This document shows positions 55,804 to 64,000 of a stretch of DNA of 64,000 nucleotides, piece after piece. The translations under genes were made by a program, and so were the position numbers. The first letter of the stretch is position 1; each line of letters opens with the position of its first letter. The DNA comes from Deinococcales bacterium (GTDB taxonomy: Bacteria; Deinococcota; Deinococci; Deinococcales; JAAFIG01). The stretch spans positions 17,844-81,843 of the forward strand of contig JAYWGM010000061.1 of NCBI GenBank assembly GCA_043778225.1, given 5' to 3'. Under the pieces are notes generated by a model. That model was not told the origin of the DNA and did no database searches. It saw only the letters and a list, made by a program, of their open reading frames with translations.

Positions 55804-56667
55804 ATGGTCAAATCATTCACTACAAGGGGCGATAAAATTTTTGATTTTGGATTGAATTTCTTTTTGATTCTGGTTTTAATCATCACCATTGTGCCGCTTA
55901 GTTATGTGGTTATTGTTTCACTGCAACCGCTGGTGATGCCAAATCAGCCAACCCCATTTGCCTCTTTTGGAGCGTATGCTGAGCTTCTTGCACAACCAAG
56001 TTTTTTACGGGCTGCCCTGAACAGTTTTGTGTTGCTGATTGGTGGTGTAACTCTGAACATGGTTCTGACCACTTTAAGCGCCTTTGTACTCTCGAGAAAA
56101 TCCCTTCCTGGACGCGGTGTAATTCTGGCGTTTATTCTGTTCACGTTTTTGTTTAATGCTGGCTTGATTCCACAGTTTTTGCTGATTAAGAACCTTGGGT
56201 TGCTCGACTCACTGCCCAGTGTGATTTTACCGGGCGCTATCAGTGTTTACAACCTTTTAATTATGATTGCTTTTTTACAAAACCTACCGGAAAGTCTAGG
56301 CGAAGCTGCTCGTATAGATGGGGCTTCTGAGTTTCAAGTGCTGTGGTATGTGATGCTGCCACTTTCTAAACCGATTCTTTTAACCGTTGGACTCTTTTAT
56401 GCGGTCAATAATTGGAACGAGTTTTTCCTGCCGATTTTATTTTTGTCCGATAAAGACCTGATGCCGCTTCCTGTGGTGTTGCGCGATATTTTATCGTCCT
56501 TAAATTCGTCGGAGTATGTAGATGGAAACCGTCAAGCCACCATCGCTCCGCCCGAAGCCATCAAAATGGCGGCAGTCGTGTTGACCACGCTCCCGATGCT
56601 GATGGTCTATCCGTGGATTCAGAGTCATTTTACCAAAGGTGTGTTGCTGGGCGGGGTCAAAGAATGA
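55804..56667 (+). CDS. Carbohydrate ABC transporter permease (LplC-like)
   Basis: GLIP.F...K.LGL, LPESL.EAARIDGA, LPLSKP, YPWIQ.HF.KG...G.VK. Confidence 0.92.
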   Translation: MVKSFTTRGDKIFDFGLNFFLILVLIITIVPLSYVVIVSLQPLVMPNQPTPFASFGAYAELLAQPSFLRAALNSFVLLIGGVTLNMVLTTLSAFVLSRKSLPGRGVILAFILFTFLFNAGLIPQFLLIKNLGLLDSLPSVILPGAISVYNLLIMIAFLQNLPESLGEAARIDGASEFQVLWYVMLPLSKPILLTVGLFYAVNNWNEFFLPILFLSDKDLMPLPVVLRDILSSLNSSEYVDGNRQATIAPPEAIKMAAVVLTTLPMLMVYPWIQSHFTKGVLLGGVKE

Positions 56668-56772
56668 GCCGTATTCTCGAGCCTAGGCAATCTAGGCTTG
56701 TTGCCGTGCGGGGGTGTTGGATGAAATGAACACAATTGGCAATCAAAAAGAGCATCTGTTAAGGAGTAAATT

Positions 56773-58329
56773 ATGAAACGTTCAGTCAAAAAAACCGCTT
56801 TCGTTGGTGCAATGACCGCCTGCCTTGCCTTGAGTGGTTTGGCGCTCTACAGTTCGGCACAAAATGCCGTGACCGATTTAACCCTTTGGTTGCCAGCCGG
56901 TTCACCAGAATCCGGTCCACCGCCCGCCGATTGGGAAGTGTACAAAATTATCCGCGAAAAACTGAACATCAATCTTAAATTGGTGGTTGCACCCATTGGC
57001 GCAGAAGGCGAAACCAAATTGGGCGCGTTGGCGGCGGCCAACGATTTGCCAGATTTATTTGAAATGCGTAACCGCAATCAGTTTTTCCAGTTGGCTGGAC
57101 AAGGCTTACTTGGCAATGTTAAACCGATTGTGAAATTCATGCCGCAACGCAACTTAGAGCGCTATAAAAATGATGACCTCAACTTGTTGGCGACCGTCAA
57201 TGGCACGATGGTTGGTTTACAAGAAGCTCAACTTTTGTACAAGCGCACTTCGCTTTTAATTCGTCAAGATTGGCTGGATAAACTCGGTCTAAAAACCCCA
57301 ACCACCTTAGCAGAATTTATGAATGTTGCCAAAGCCTTTACCGAAAAAGACCCAGATGGCAACGGTAAAAACGATACTTATGGCTTGGGTATTAACTCCG
57401 ACTGGACACCCGGCGGCTTTGACATTATTTACGGCGCGTATGGCGTGGTTGGAAACTGGAATTTAGGCAGTGCCGCCAGCTTTAAGCTCAATGCTCGAGA
57501 AGTCAATTACCGCAAAGCTACCGAATTTGTCAACGGTTTAATTGATGCCAAAGTCGTTGACCCAGACTGGCCAACCCTAAAAACCAATGATTTCCGTAAT
57601 CGTTGGAAGCAAGGCAAGTACGGTATTTTTGCCGAAGATTTCTGTGCTGCCATGTGCAGCTTTAACTATGCGCCATTCGATGCCAGCAACCCAACGGGCG
57701 TTCTTAAAACCCTGCAACCACCCGTCGGACCAGATGGTAAATCCTCGAGTGGCACATTTGCAGCCGCCGGAACATTATTGACTGCCTCGAAAAAAGCCAT
57801 TGACGCTGGTAAAGGACAAGCCATAGCGCGTCTGCTCGAGTGGGCAAACGGTGGCGAAGGTTACTTTTTGTTGGCATTTGGTAAGCGCGGCTTGAACTAC
57901 AACCTTGATAGAAATGGCATTGTCACAGCGGCTGGTATCGAACCTGCCAACCTGTACAATTCGGCAAATTTCCTTAAATTTACCCAAATGCGTAACATTG
58001 CTTTGAATGGTCGCCCACGCGAATTGGCAGCTCGTTACCCAATTTTCAAGACTATTAACGGACGCACCATCGCGCCAATGGATACTTACCGCACTTCGTT
58101 TGCCACAGCCCACACCAATATCATTTCGACTTTCTTGATTAAGCCAGCCACCAACCAAGCCGATTTAGACCGTTACATCAACGAGAACCGTATTCAATTC
58201 CAACTTGGTCAAAAACCAATTAACGACACCACTTGGAATCAATTTGTGAGCGGCTTAAACAGCCTCCGTGCCAACGAATACGAAGCCACCGCTAAGCAAA
58301 CCCTAATTACCGCAGGATTTTTGAAGTAA
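56773..58329 (+). CDS. Carbohydrate ABC transporter substrate-binding protein (LplA-like)
   Basis: Signal peptide; DLPDL, IRQDWLDKLGL..P.T..E...V.KAF..KDPDGNGK.DTYG. Confidence 0.92.
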   Translation: MKRSVKKTAFVGAMTACLALSGLALYSSAQNAVTDLTLWLPAGSPESGPPPADWEVYKIIREKLNINLKLVVAPIGAEGETKLGALAAANDLPDLFEMRNRNQFFQLAGQGLLGNVKPIVKFMPQRNLERYKNDDLNLLATVNGTMVGLQEAQLLYKRTSLLIRQDWLDKLGLKTPTTLAEFMNVAKAFTEKDPDGNGKNDTYGLGINSDWTPGGFDIIYGAYGVVGNWNLGSAASFKLNAREVNYRKATEFVNGLIDAKVVDPDWPTLKTNDFRNRWKQGKYGIFAEDFCAAMCSFNYAPFDASNPTGVLKTLQPPVGPDGKSSSGTFAAAGTLLTASKKAIDAGKGQAIARLLEWANGGEGYFLLAFGKRGLNYNLDRNGIVTAAGIEPANLYNSANFLKFTQMRNIALNGRPRELAARYPIFKTINGRTIAPMDTYRTSFATAHTNIISTFLIKPATNQADLDRYINENRIQFQLGQKPINDTTWNQFVSGLNSLRANEYEATAKQTLITAGFLK

Positions 58330-58346
58330 GTATCATCTCGAGTCTC

Positions 58347-58376
58347 GGGGGGCGATTTTTGCCCCCCTATTTTTTT
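58347..58376 (+). terminator. Intrinsic terminator/stabilising hairpin after the SBP gene
   Basis: GGGGGGC...GCCCCCC stem followed by TATTTTTTT. Confidence 0.75.
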
Positions 58377-58391
58377 CTAGGAGTCAAACCG

Positions 58392-59441
58392 ATGAATGCC
58401 CCAGTTCGTTTTGCAGTTATCAACATCAATCACGGTCATATTTACGGACAAGTAACGCATTTGGTCAAAGCTGGCGCAGAATTTGTGGCGTTTTACGCAC
58501 CCGAACCTGAATTGGCGGCTACTTTTGCGTTGCGTTACCCAAATGTGCGCCAAGCCGCTTCCGAAGCCGAATTGCTCGAGGATGACAGCCTGCACTTAAT
58601 TGTCACTTCGGGGATTCCCAGCACTCGAGCCGAATTGGGCATCAAAGCCATGCAGCACGGCAAGGACTTTATGACCGATAAGCCGGGGTTTACGACCTTG
58701 GCGCAACTCGAGGCAGTGCGAAAAGTCCAAGCCCAAACCAAGCGCATTTATTCGGTTTGTTACTCGGAACATTTTGAAGTGGCTTCAGTCATTAAGGCTG
58801 GTGAATTGGTGGCGGCTGGCGCTGTCGGACGAGTGGTGCAGACGCTCGGAATCGGTCCACACAAAACCAATTTGCCGACTCGAGCGCCGTGGTTTTTTGA
58901 AAAAGCCCACTATGGCGGAATTCTTGCCGATATAGGTTCGCATCAAGCCGAGCAGTACCTATTTTTTACCGGCGCAACCACTGCTGAGGTCGTCTCGGCG
59001 CAAGTTGCCAATTATAAGCATCCACAATACCCACAACTCGAGGATTTTGGCGAGGTTTCTTGGCGTGGAACAAATGCAGCAGGGGAGACCAGCCACGCCT
59101 ATGTGAGACTCGATTGGTACACTCCAGATGGGCTTGGGGTTTGGGGCGATGGGCGTTTAACGATTCTTGGTACAGATGGCTACATCGAACTGCGAAAGTA
59201 CATTGACCCGACTGGGCGCGAAGGCGGCGAGCATCTGATTTTGGTGGACCAGAAAGGAATGCAGTATATTTCCTGTGTGGGTAGCGATTTACCATATGGA
59301 CGCGAATTGGTTTACGATATTTTGCACCGTACCCAAACCCATATGCCACAATGGAGATGCTATTTAGCGGCGCAAATTTCACTCGAGGCAGAAGAAGCTG
59401 CTGTGCGCCTTGGCAACCTCAAAACAGGCGGTAATTCATGA
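58392..59441 (+). CDS. Gfo/Idh/MocA family oxidoreductase
   Basis: HGHIYG, GKDFM.DKP, GGIL.DIGSHQ, DWYTPDGL..WGDGR; AGGAG RBS. Confidence 0.9.
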   Translation: MNAPVRFAVININHGHIYGQVTHLVKAGAEFVAFYAPEPELAATFALRYPNVRQAASEAELLEDDSLHLIVTSGIPSTRAELGIKAMQHGKDFMTDKPGFTTLAQLEAVRKVQAQTKRIYSVCYSEHFEVASVIKAGELVAAGAVGRVVQTLGIGPHKTNLPTRAPWFFEKAHYGGILADIGSHQAEQYLFFTGATTAEVVSAQVANYKHPQYPQLEDFGEVSWRGTNAAGETSHAYVRLDWYTPDGLGVWGDGRLTILGTDGYIELRKYIDPTGREGGEHLILVDQKGMQYISCVGSDLPYGRELVYDILHRTQTHMPQWRCYLAAQISLEAEEAAVRLGNLKTGGNS

Positions 59442-60559
59442 CCACCAAACACTTAGATGCCCATAACACCTCCTCGGTGCTGCACCTCGAGCCACCCCAA
59501 ACCCGCTTGCGAGTTGCAGTGATTGGCTGCGGCGTTGGACGCGCTCATGCACTGGCATACAAGGCATTACCAGACCATTATCAGATTGTTAGTATTTGCG
59601 ACCTCGACACGGTTAAAGCCGAAAAATTAGCACTCGAGGTGGGTGCAGATGGGTTTACGTCTGATTACACTGCACTGCTCGAGCGAGCCGATTTGGATGT
59701 GGTGGACATTTGCACCCCACCGCATTTGCACGTCCCGATGATTATTGAGGCAATAAAAGCTGGCAAACACGCGATTTGTGAAAAACCGATTGCAGCTTCC
59801 CTAAAAGATGTGGACACGCTGATTGCCCTTGAGAAAACCAATCCCAAACGGATCATGCCAATTTTCCAATATCGTTTTGGCAATGGACTACAAAAACTTG
59901 AGTACCTCAAAAAATTGGGGTTGCTCGGACAAGCCCATGTTGCCACAGTCGAAACCCATTGGCGACGCGGCGCTTGGTATTACGAACCCGAATGGCGCGG
60001 CAAATGGGCAACCGAACTTGGCGGCGGGCTGCTCGGACACGCGATTCATGCTCACGATATGCTGACCAAGATTCTCGGTAAAGTCAAAACCGTATATGCC
60101 AAAGTTGCCACTCGAGTCAACCCAATAGAAGTAGAAGATTGTGCGGCTGTGACCCTCGAAATGCAGAACGGTTCACTGGCAAGTCTGAGCATGACCTTAG
60201 GCTCGAGTGCCGAAATTAGCCGCCACCGATTCACATTTTCTGATTTAACTGCCGAAAGCAACACCCGTCCATACACCAGTTCTGGCGACCCGTGGGTCTT
60301 TACTGGTGATACCCCAGAAATTCAGCGTGCTGTTGGTGCTGCACTGGAAACATTTATTGAACATCCAGACAGTTACACAGGGCAATTCTTACGCTTTCAT
60401 CATGCCCTCGAGAACAACACTGAACTGCCCGTGACTTTGCAAGATGCTCGAGATTCGCTCGAGTTAGCCACTGCCATGTACCGCAGTGCCAGAACAGGCA
60501 AGGAAGTAAAATTGCCAATTCTCGAGACTGACGCGGATTACAGCAGTTGGTTGCCATAA
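59438..60559 (+). CDS. Gfo/Idh/MocA family oxidoreductase
   Basis: VAVIGCGVG, D.V.ICTPP.LH, GKH.ICEKP, WRGKW.TE.GG.L..HAIH. Confidence 0.92.
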   Translation: MTTKHLDAHNTSSVLHLEPPQTRLRVAVIGCGVGRAHALAYKALPDHYQIVSICDLDTVKAEKLALEVGADGFTSDYTALLERADLDVVDICTPPHLHVPMIIEAIKAGKHAICEKPIAASLKDVDTLIALEKTNPKRIMPIFQYRFGNGLQKLEYLKKLGLLGQAHVATVETHWRRGAWYYEPEWRGKWATELGGGLLGHAIHAHDMLTKILGKVKTVYAKVATRVNPIEVEDCAAVTLEMQNGSLASLSMTLGSSAEISRHRFTFSDLTAESNTRPYTSSGDPWVFTGDTPEIQRAVGAALETFIEHPDSYTGQFLRFHHALENNTELPVTLQDARDSLELATAMYRSARTGKEVKLPILETDADYSSWLP

Positions 60560-60562
60560 GCC

Positions 60563-61402
60563 ATGAATCTCAATGATGGCACTGCCAACTCGCCGCGTCT
60601 CGAGGTGCATCAGAGCTTGACTGCCACCATCGGTTTTACGCCTCAATGGAGTTTGGAAAAGCGCTTTGAGCAGATTGCTTTGGCGGGGTTTTTCGGGGTT
60701 CATGCAAGGTTGCCGCCACTCGAGGAATGGGCTGTTTGGCAGCGTTTGCTTGAGCAATACAACCTTCGTTTTGGCGCGTTGCTTTTTCCTGCGCTAAGTT
60801 CTGACATCAATTCTTTGTTGCTCGAGGCACAAGATTTTGGGGCGTGTTATGCCAACGCACAGGTGCAGGGGCGTTTTTTGCGGCTTGAACCGAGTGTGGT
60901 TTTACTCGAGCGGATTCTTTTGGCACAGGCACAGTCTGGCTTGCCGTGTTTTGTCGAAACGCATCGGGGTACGGTGACACAAGATTTATTGCGAACGCTC
61001 GAGATGCTTCAGTGCTTGCCGAATTTGAATCTGACTTTGGATTTATCGCATTATGTGCTGGCAGGTGAAATCGGTGCGTGGGTGGTGGATGCCGAACTTG
61101 AGGCGCATTTTGCGCCGTTACTCAAACGTAGCCAAGCCATTCATGGGCGTATCTCGAGTAGCGAACAGATTCAAGTTGGGCTTGACTCGAGTATGCGGGT
61201 TCATTTTTTGAATTGGTGGAAAGAAGCCATGCGGAACTGGAAACTAAACGCTAATAATGGTGATATTCTGCCGTTTGTGACTGAACTGTTGCCGCCTGAG
61301 TATGCGATTATGGCTGGTGGCGTAGAAACAACGAATCGCTGGCTTGATGCGCTGGAACTCAAAGTTATTGCCGAGGAACTTTGGCGGCAATGTCATGATT
61401 GA
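60563..61402 (+). CDS. Sugar phosphate isomerase/epimerase-like TIM-barrel protein (xylose isomerase-like fold)
   Basis: ETHR...TQD, DLSHY...E, HGR....EQIQV, EL.PP.YA metal-site motifs. Confidence 0.8.
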   Translation: MNLNDGTANSPRLEVHQSLTATIGFTPQWSLEKRFEQIALAGFFGVHARLPPLEEWAVWQRLLEQYNLRFGALLFPALSSDINSLLLEAQDFGACYANAQVQGRFLRLEPSVVLLERILLAQAQSGLPCFVETHRGTVTQDLLRTLEMLQCLPNLNLTLDLSHYVLAGEIGAWVVDAELEAHFAPLLKRSQAIHGRISSSEQIQVGLDSSMRVHFLNWWKEAMRNWKLNANNGDILPFVTELLPPEYAIMAGGVETTNRWLDALELKVIAEELWRQCHD

Positions 61403-62231
61403 TTACCGCGACTCGAGTGTCTGGGAGCAAATCAGTACCATGCTTTCTAAGCTCGAGGTGCGTGTTTCAAAAACTTGTGGTCGAGTGATGTGCAGTCCAG
61501 ATTGGAATTGGCGACCTCGGCTAACCGATTTTGACTTGTGGTTTGCACTTAGCGGACGTGGTTCGCTGTTTTTGAATGGGCATTCGTACCGCATCGAAGC
61601 GGGTTCGTTGCTTTTTTTGCGCCCGGGCGATATGGGATTTGCAACTCAGGATGTGCAGAATCCGCTAACCGTGATTTATGTCCATTTTGATTTTTTAGCC
61701 TCAGGGCAAATCGCGTCTGTAAGCCTGCTGCCCAGTGTGCAAATCAATTTTTCGAGTCCAAGCCGCCTCGAGTCGCTGCTTGGTCGTTTGCTGGCATTGC
61801 AAGCCATTTCTCAGCCTTTAATGGTTCTCGAGTCCGAACTGATTCTTAAACAAACCCTGCTCGAGATTTATCGCCAAGATGCCGCCAACCAAGGGGTTTT
61901 GTCGGCACGACTCGAGCCACGCTTTGAACGGGTGGTGGCACGGCTTCGCGCTCATCCAGCGTTGCGTCCGACCTTACCAGAAGCCGCAGCTTGGGCGGGG
62001 TTATCCTCTGTCCATTTTAGTCGGTTGTTCAAGCAGCAAACAGGCTCGAGTTACCGCGATTATCTGGTCAAAACGCGGCTAGAACAGGCGCGGTATTTGC
62101 TCGAAGAAACCAGCATCAGCATTACAAAAATTGCGCTTGAACTGGGTTATGAAGAAGTGGCTTTGTTCTCGAGGCAATTCAAAACCATGTATGGTGTCAC
62201 GCCAAGTTCGTTGCGCCAAGCTGCGCTTTAG
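61395..62231 (+). CDS. AraC family transcriptional regulator
   Basis: Cupin-like N-terminus; LS..HFSRLFK...G, R...A..LL, IA..LGY......FSR.FK...G.TP. Confidence 0.92.
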   Translation: MIDYRDSSVWEQISTMLSKLEVRVSKTCGRVMCSPDWNWRPRLTDFDLWFALSGRGSLFLNGHSYRIEAGSLLFLRPGDMGFATQDVQNPLTVIYVHFDFLASGQIASVSLLPSVQINFSSPSRLESLLGRLLALQAISQPLMVLESELILKQTLLEIYRQDAANQGVLSARLEPRFERVVARLRAHPALRPTLPEAAAWAGLSSVHFSRLFKQQTGSSYRDYLVKTRLEQARYLLEETSISITKIALELGYEEVALFSRQFKTMYGVTPSSLRQAAL

Positions 62232-62303
62232 TGCAAATTTTGTACGGCTCGAGTTCTAGCGATGCTGCTCATCAGGTGCTTTAATGACTCTATGGAGGTC
62301 AAT

Positions 62304-63134
62304 ATGAGTTTAGCCACGTTCGACCCGCGTCCGTTGTACCAATTTACGGCTTTAGCCCAAGGAATCCAAGGTTTTGCAGCCTTAAACCAATCTCAAACCG
62401 AGTTTTTCCATGAAAATGGGTATCTGGTTGTCAACAAGGCTTTTTCCTCACTCGAGGTTAAAGCCGCCTTGGATGGATTGTTAAAACTGATTGATGGGCA
62501 AGTTCCAGAATTTACGGGTCTGCAATTCGAGCCAAGCGCCCAAGCAAACCTAGAAAATTTGTCACTCGAGCAAAAGCAAGATGCAGTGCGTAAATTGATG
62601 GGCTTTGTGGGCTTTGATTCTTCCCTCAACGCCTTGGCGACCCATTCCCAATTATTGGTTGCCCTCGAGCAACTGATGAATGATAAACCCATTCTTTTTC
62701 AGGATATGGCGCTCTTAAAGCCGCCCCGTATTGGTGCAGAAAAACCGTGGCATCAAGACAATGCCTATTTTAACTATCCATCCGACACCACCGTGATTGG
62801 TGTTTGGATTGCACTTGACCATGCCATGCCCGAAAATGGCTGTATGCACATTATTCCAAGCTCGCACAAAAAAGGTCCTATGGTACATTTTAAGCGCCGC
62901 GATTGGCAAATTTGCGATACCGACGTGGCACTCGAGGAAGTTGTCGCCGTTCCGCTCGAGCCGGGTAGCTTACTGTTTTTTCATGGCTTGCTGCACCATG
63001 GCACACCGCCAAGTCAGTCAGATAAACGTCGTCGGGCATTGCAATACCATTATTTGCCGAGCAAAGTGATTCCAACCACGCTCGAGCAACGCTTAGCGGT
63101 TTTTGGCGCAGAAGGAAAGGATGTAACGTGTTAA
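62304..63134 (+). CDS. PhyH family Fe(II)/2-oxoglutarate dioxygenase
   Basis: FF.ENGYLV, KPWHQD, WIALD....NGCM..IP.SH, FFHGLL.HG, RRA; GGAGG RBS. Confidence 0.92.
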   Translation: MSLATFDPRPLYQFTALAQGIQGFAALNQSQTEFFHENGYLVVNKAFSSLEVKAALDGLLKLIDGQVPEFTGLQFEPSAQANLENLSLEQKQDAVRKLMGFVGFDSSLNALATHSQLLVALEQLMNDKPILFQDMALLKPPRIGAEKPWHQDNAYFNYPSDTTVIGVWIALDHAMPENGCMHIIPSSHKKGPMVHFKRRDWQICDTDVALEEVVAVPLEPGSLLFFHGLLHHGTPPSQSDKRRRALQYHYLPSKVIPTTLEQRLAVFGAEGKDVTC

Positions 63135-63865
63135 ACTCTGGTATGATTAACGTCACGATTTGGAACGAAGCCCGTCATGAGTATAAAAATGCAGTGGTTG
63201 CCAGCGTCTACCCCGAAGGAATTCATGGGGCGATTGCCAAAGCCTTTCCTGCTACCGATTTTAAGGTGCAAACCGCCACCCTTGACCAGCCAGAGCATGG
63301 TTTGACCGATGAAGTTCTGCACAGTACCGATGTGCTGTACTGGTGGGGGCATATGGCGCATGGCGAAGTCTCGGACACCATTGTGGCGAAAGTCAAGGCT
63401 CGAGTCTTAGCGGGCATGGGTTTGGTGGTCTTGCACTCGGGGCATTTTAGTAAAATTTTCAAAACCCTGATGGGAACAACTTGCGACCTCAAATGGCGCG
63501 AAGCCAATGACCGCGAGCGCATTTGGACAGTTGCACCGGGGCATCCGATTGCCAAGGGTTTACCAGAGTGCATTCTGCTCGAGACCGAAGAAATGTACGG
63601 TGAACATTTTGATATTCCAGCCCCCGAAGAACTGATTTTTGTATCCTGGTTTTCTGGCGGCGAGGTTTTTCGCAGTGGCTGCACCTATAAGCGCGGTGAA
63701 GGAAAAATCTTTTACTTCCGCCCCGGTCACGAAATTTACCCAACTTATCACCATCCGCAAATTCATCAGGTTTTGGTCAATGCGGCTCACTGGGCAGCCC
63801 CAAGCAAAGGTGCAACGCCAATTTATGGCAATGCCAAGCCACTCGAGCCACTGCCTGCAACATGA
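63128..63865 (+). CDS. thuA: Trehalose utilization ThuA family protein
   Basis: [44 protein letters not shown]. Confidence 0.92.
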   Translation: MLNSGMINVTIWNEARHEYKNAVVASVYPEGIHGAIAKAFPATDFKVQTATLDQPEHGLTDEVLHSTDVLYWWGHMAHGEVSDTIVAKVKARVLAGMGLVVLHSGHFSKIFKTLMGTTCDLKWREANDRERIWTVAPGHPIAKGLPECILLETEEMYGEHFDIPAPEELIFVSWFSGGEVFRSGCTYKRGEGKIFYFRPGHEIYPTYHHPQIHQVLVNAAHWAAPSKGATPIYGNAKPLEPLPAT

Positions 63866-63903
63866 TGTAAAAATTGCATTTGTTATAAACGCGATTGAGT
63901 GTT

Positions 63904-63977
63904 AATACCGTCTTTATTTAGATACTATGCAATCCGCAAAAAACGCGGATTGCTTCGTACCTGTCAAAGACGGTATT
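63904..63977. repeat. Nested inverted repeat (REP-like)
   Basis: AATACCGTCTTT/AAAGACGGTATT outer arms; GCAATCCGC/GCGGATTGC inner arms. Confidence 0.65.
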
Positions 63978-64000
63978 TGTTGATACTCCTTTTAGTCGGG

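Noticed and set aside
1..64000. tRNA, rRNA, transposase, integrase or prophage genes
   Set aside because: No cloverleaf or rRNA signatures and no DDE, tyrosine/serine recombinase or phage structural motifs recognised

Overview
Chromosomal segment of a ~50% GC bacterium, most likely Deinococcota/Deinococcales. This is inferred from the Deinococcus/Thermus-like tandem gdh pair, pervasive leaderless TANNNT-N5-8-ATG promoters, Deinococcus/Meiothermus-type ATACC...GGTAT repeats and an rpmH-rnpA-yidD-yidC block not adjacent to dnaA. Housekeeping genes include menG, apaG, gdh x2, rsmE, mutL, tkt, livHMGF, comM/yifB, yidC-yidD-rnpA-rpmH, scpB, glgP and rsfS. Signalling genes encode a GAF-PAS-GAF-GGDEF-EAL protein, a Ser/Thr kinase, a BTAD-STAND-TPR regulator and an MCP. 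There is also a VapBC-type TA pair, an ABC-ATPase + DUF4276 pair, and a large hexuronate/glycoside catabolic island (uxuA-uxaC-uxuB-LacI divergent from ABC transporter, two Gfo/Idh/MocA, TIM barrel, AraC, PhyH, ThuA). Most notable: (1) a divergent locus with a vWA protein carrying a duplicated C-terminal domain, a small His-motif (GHxH/HEEH) protein and a DUF6745-like protein, next to a transglutaminase and a kinase; (2) massive HIP-like over-representation of the palindrome CTCGAG; (3) a 23-bp repeat duplicating the RBS+ATG of uxaC into a chain of coupled mini-ORFs; (4) related structured intergenic repeats. No rRNA, tRNA, CRISPR array or transposase was seen. All calls come from motif recognition by eye; no database searches were run.
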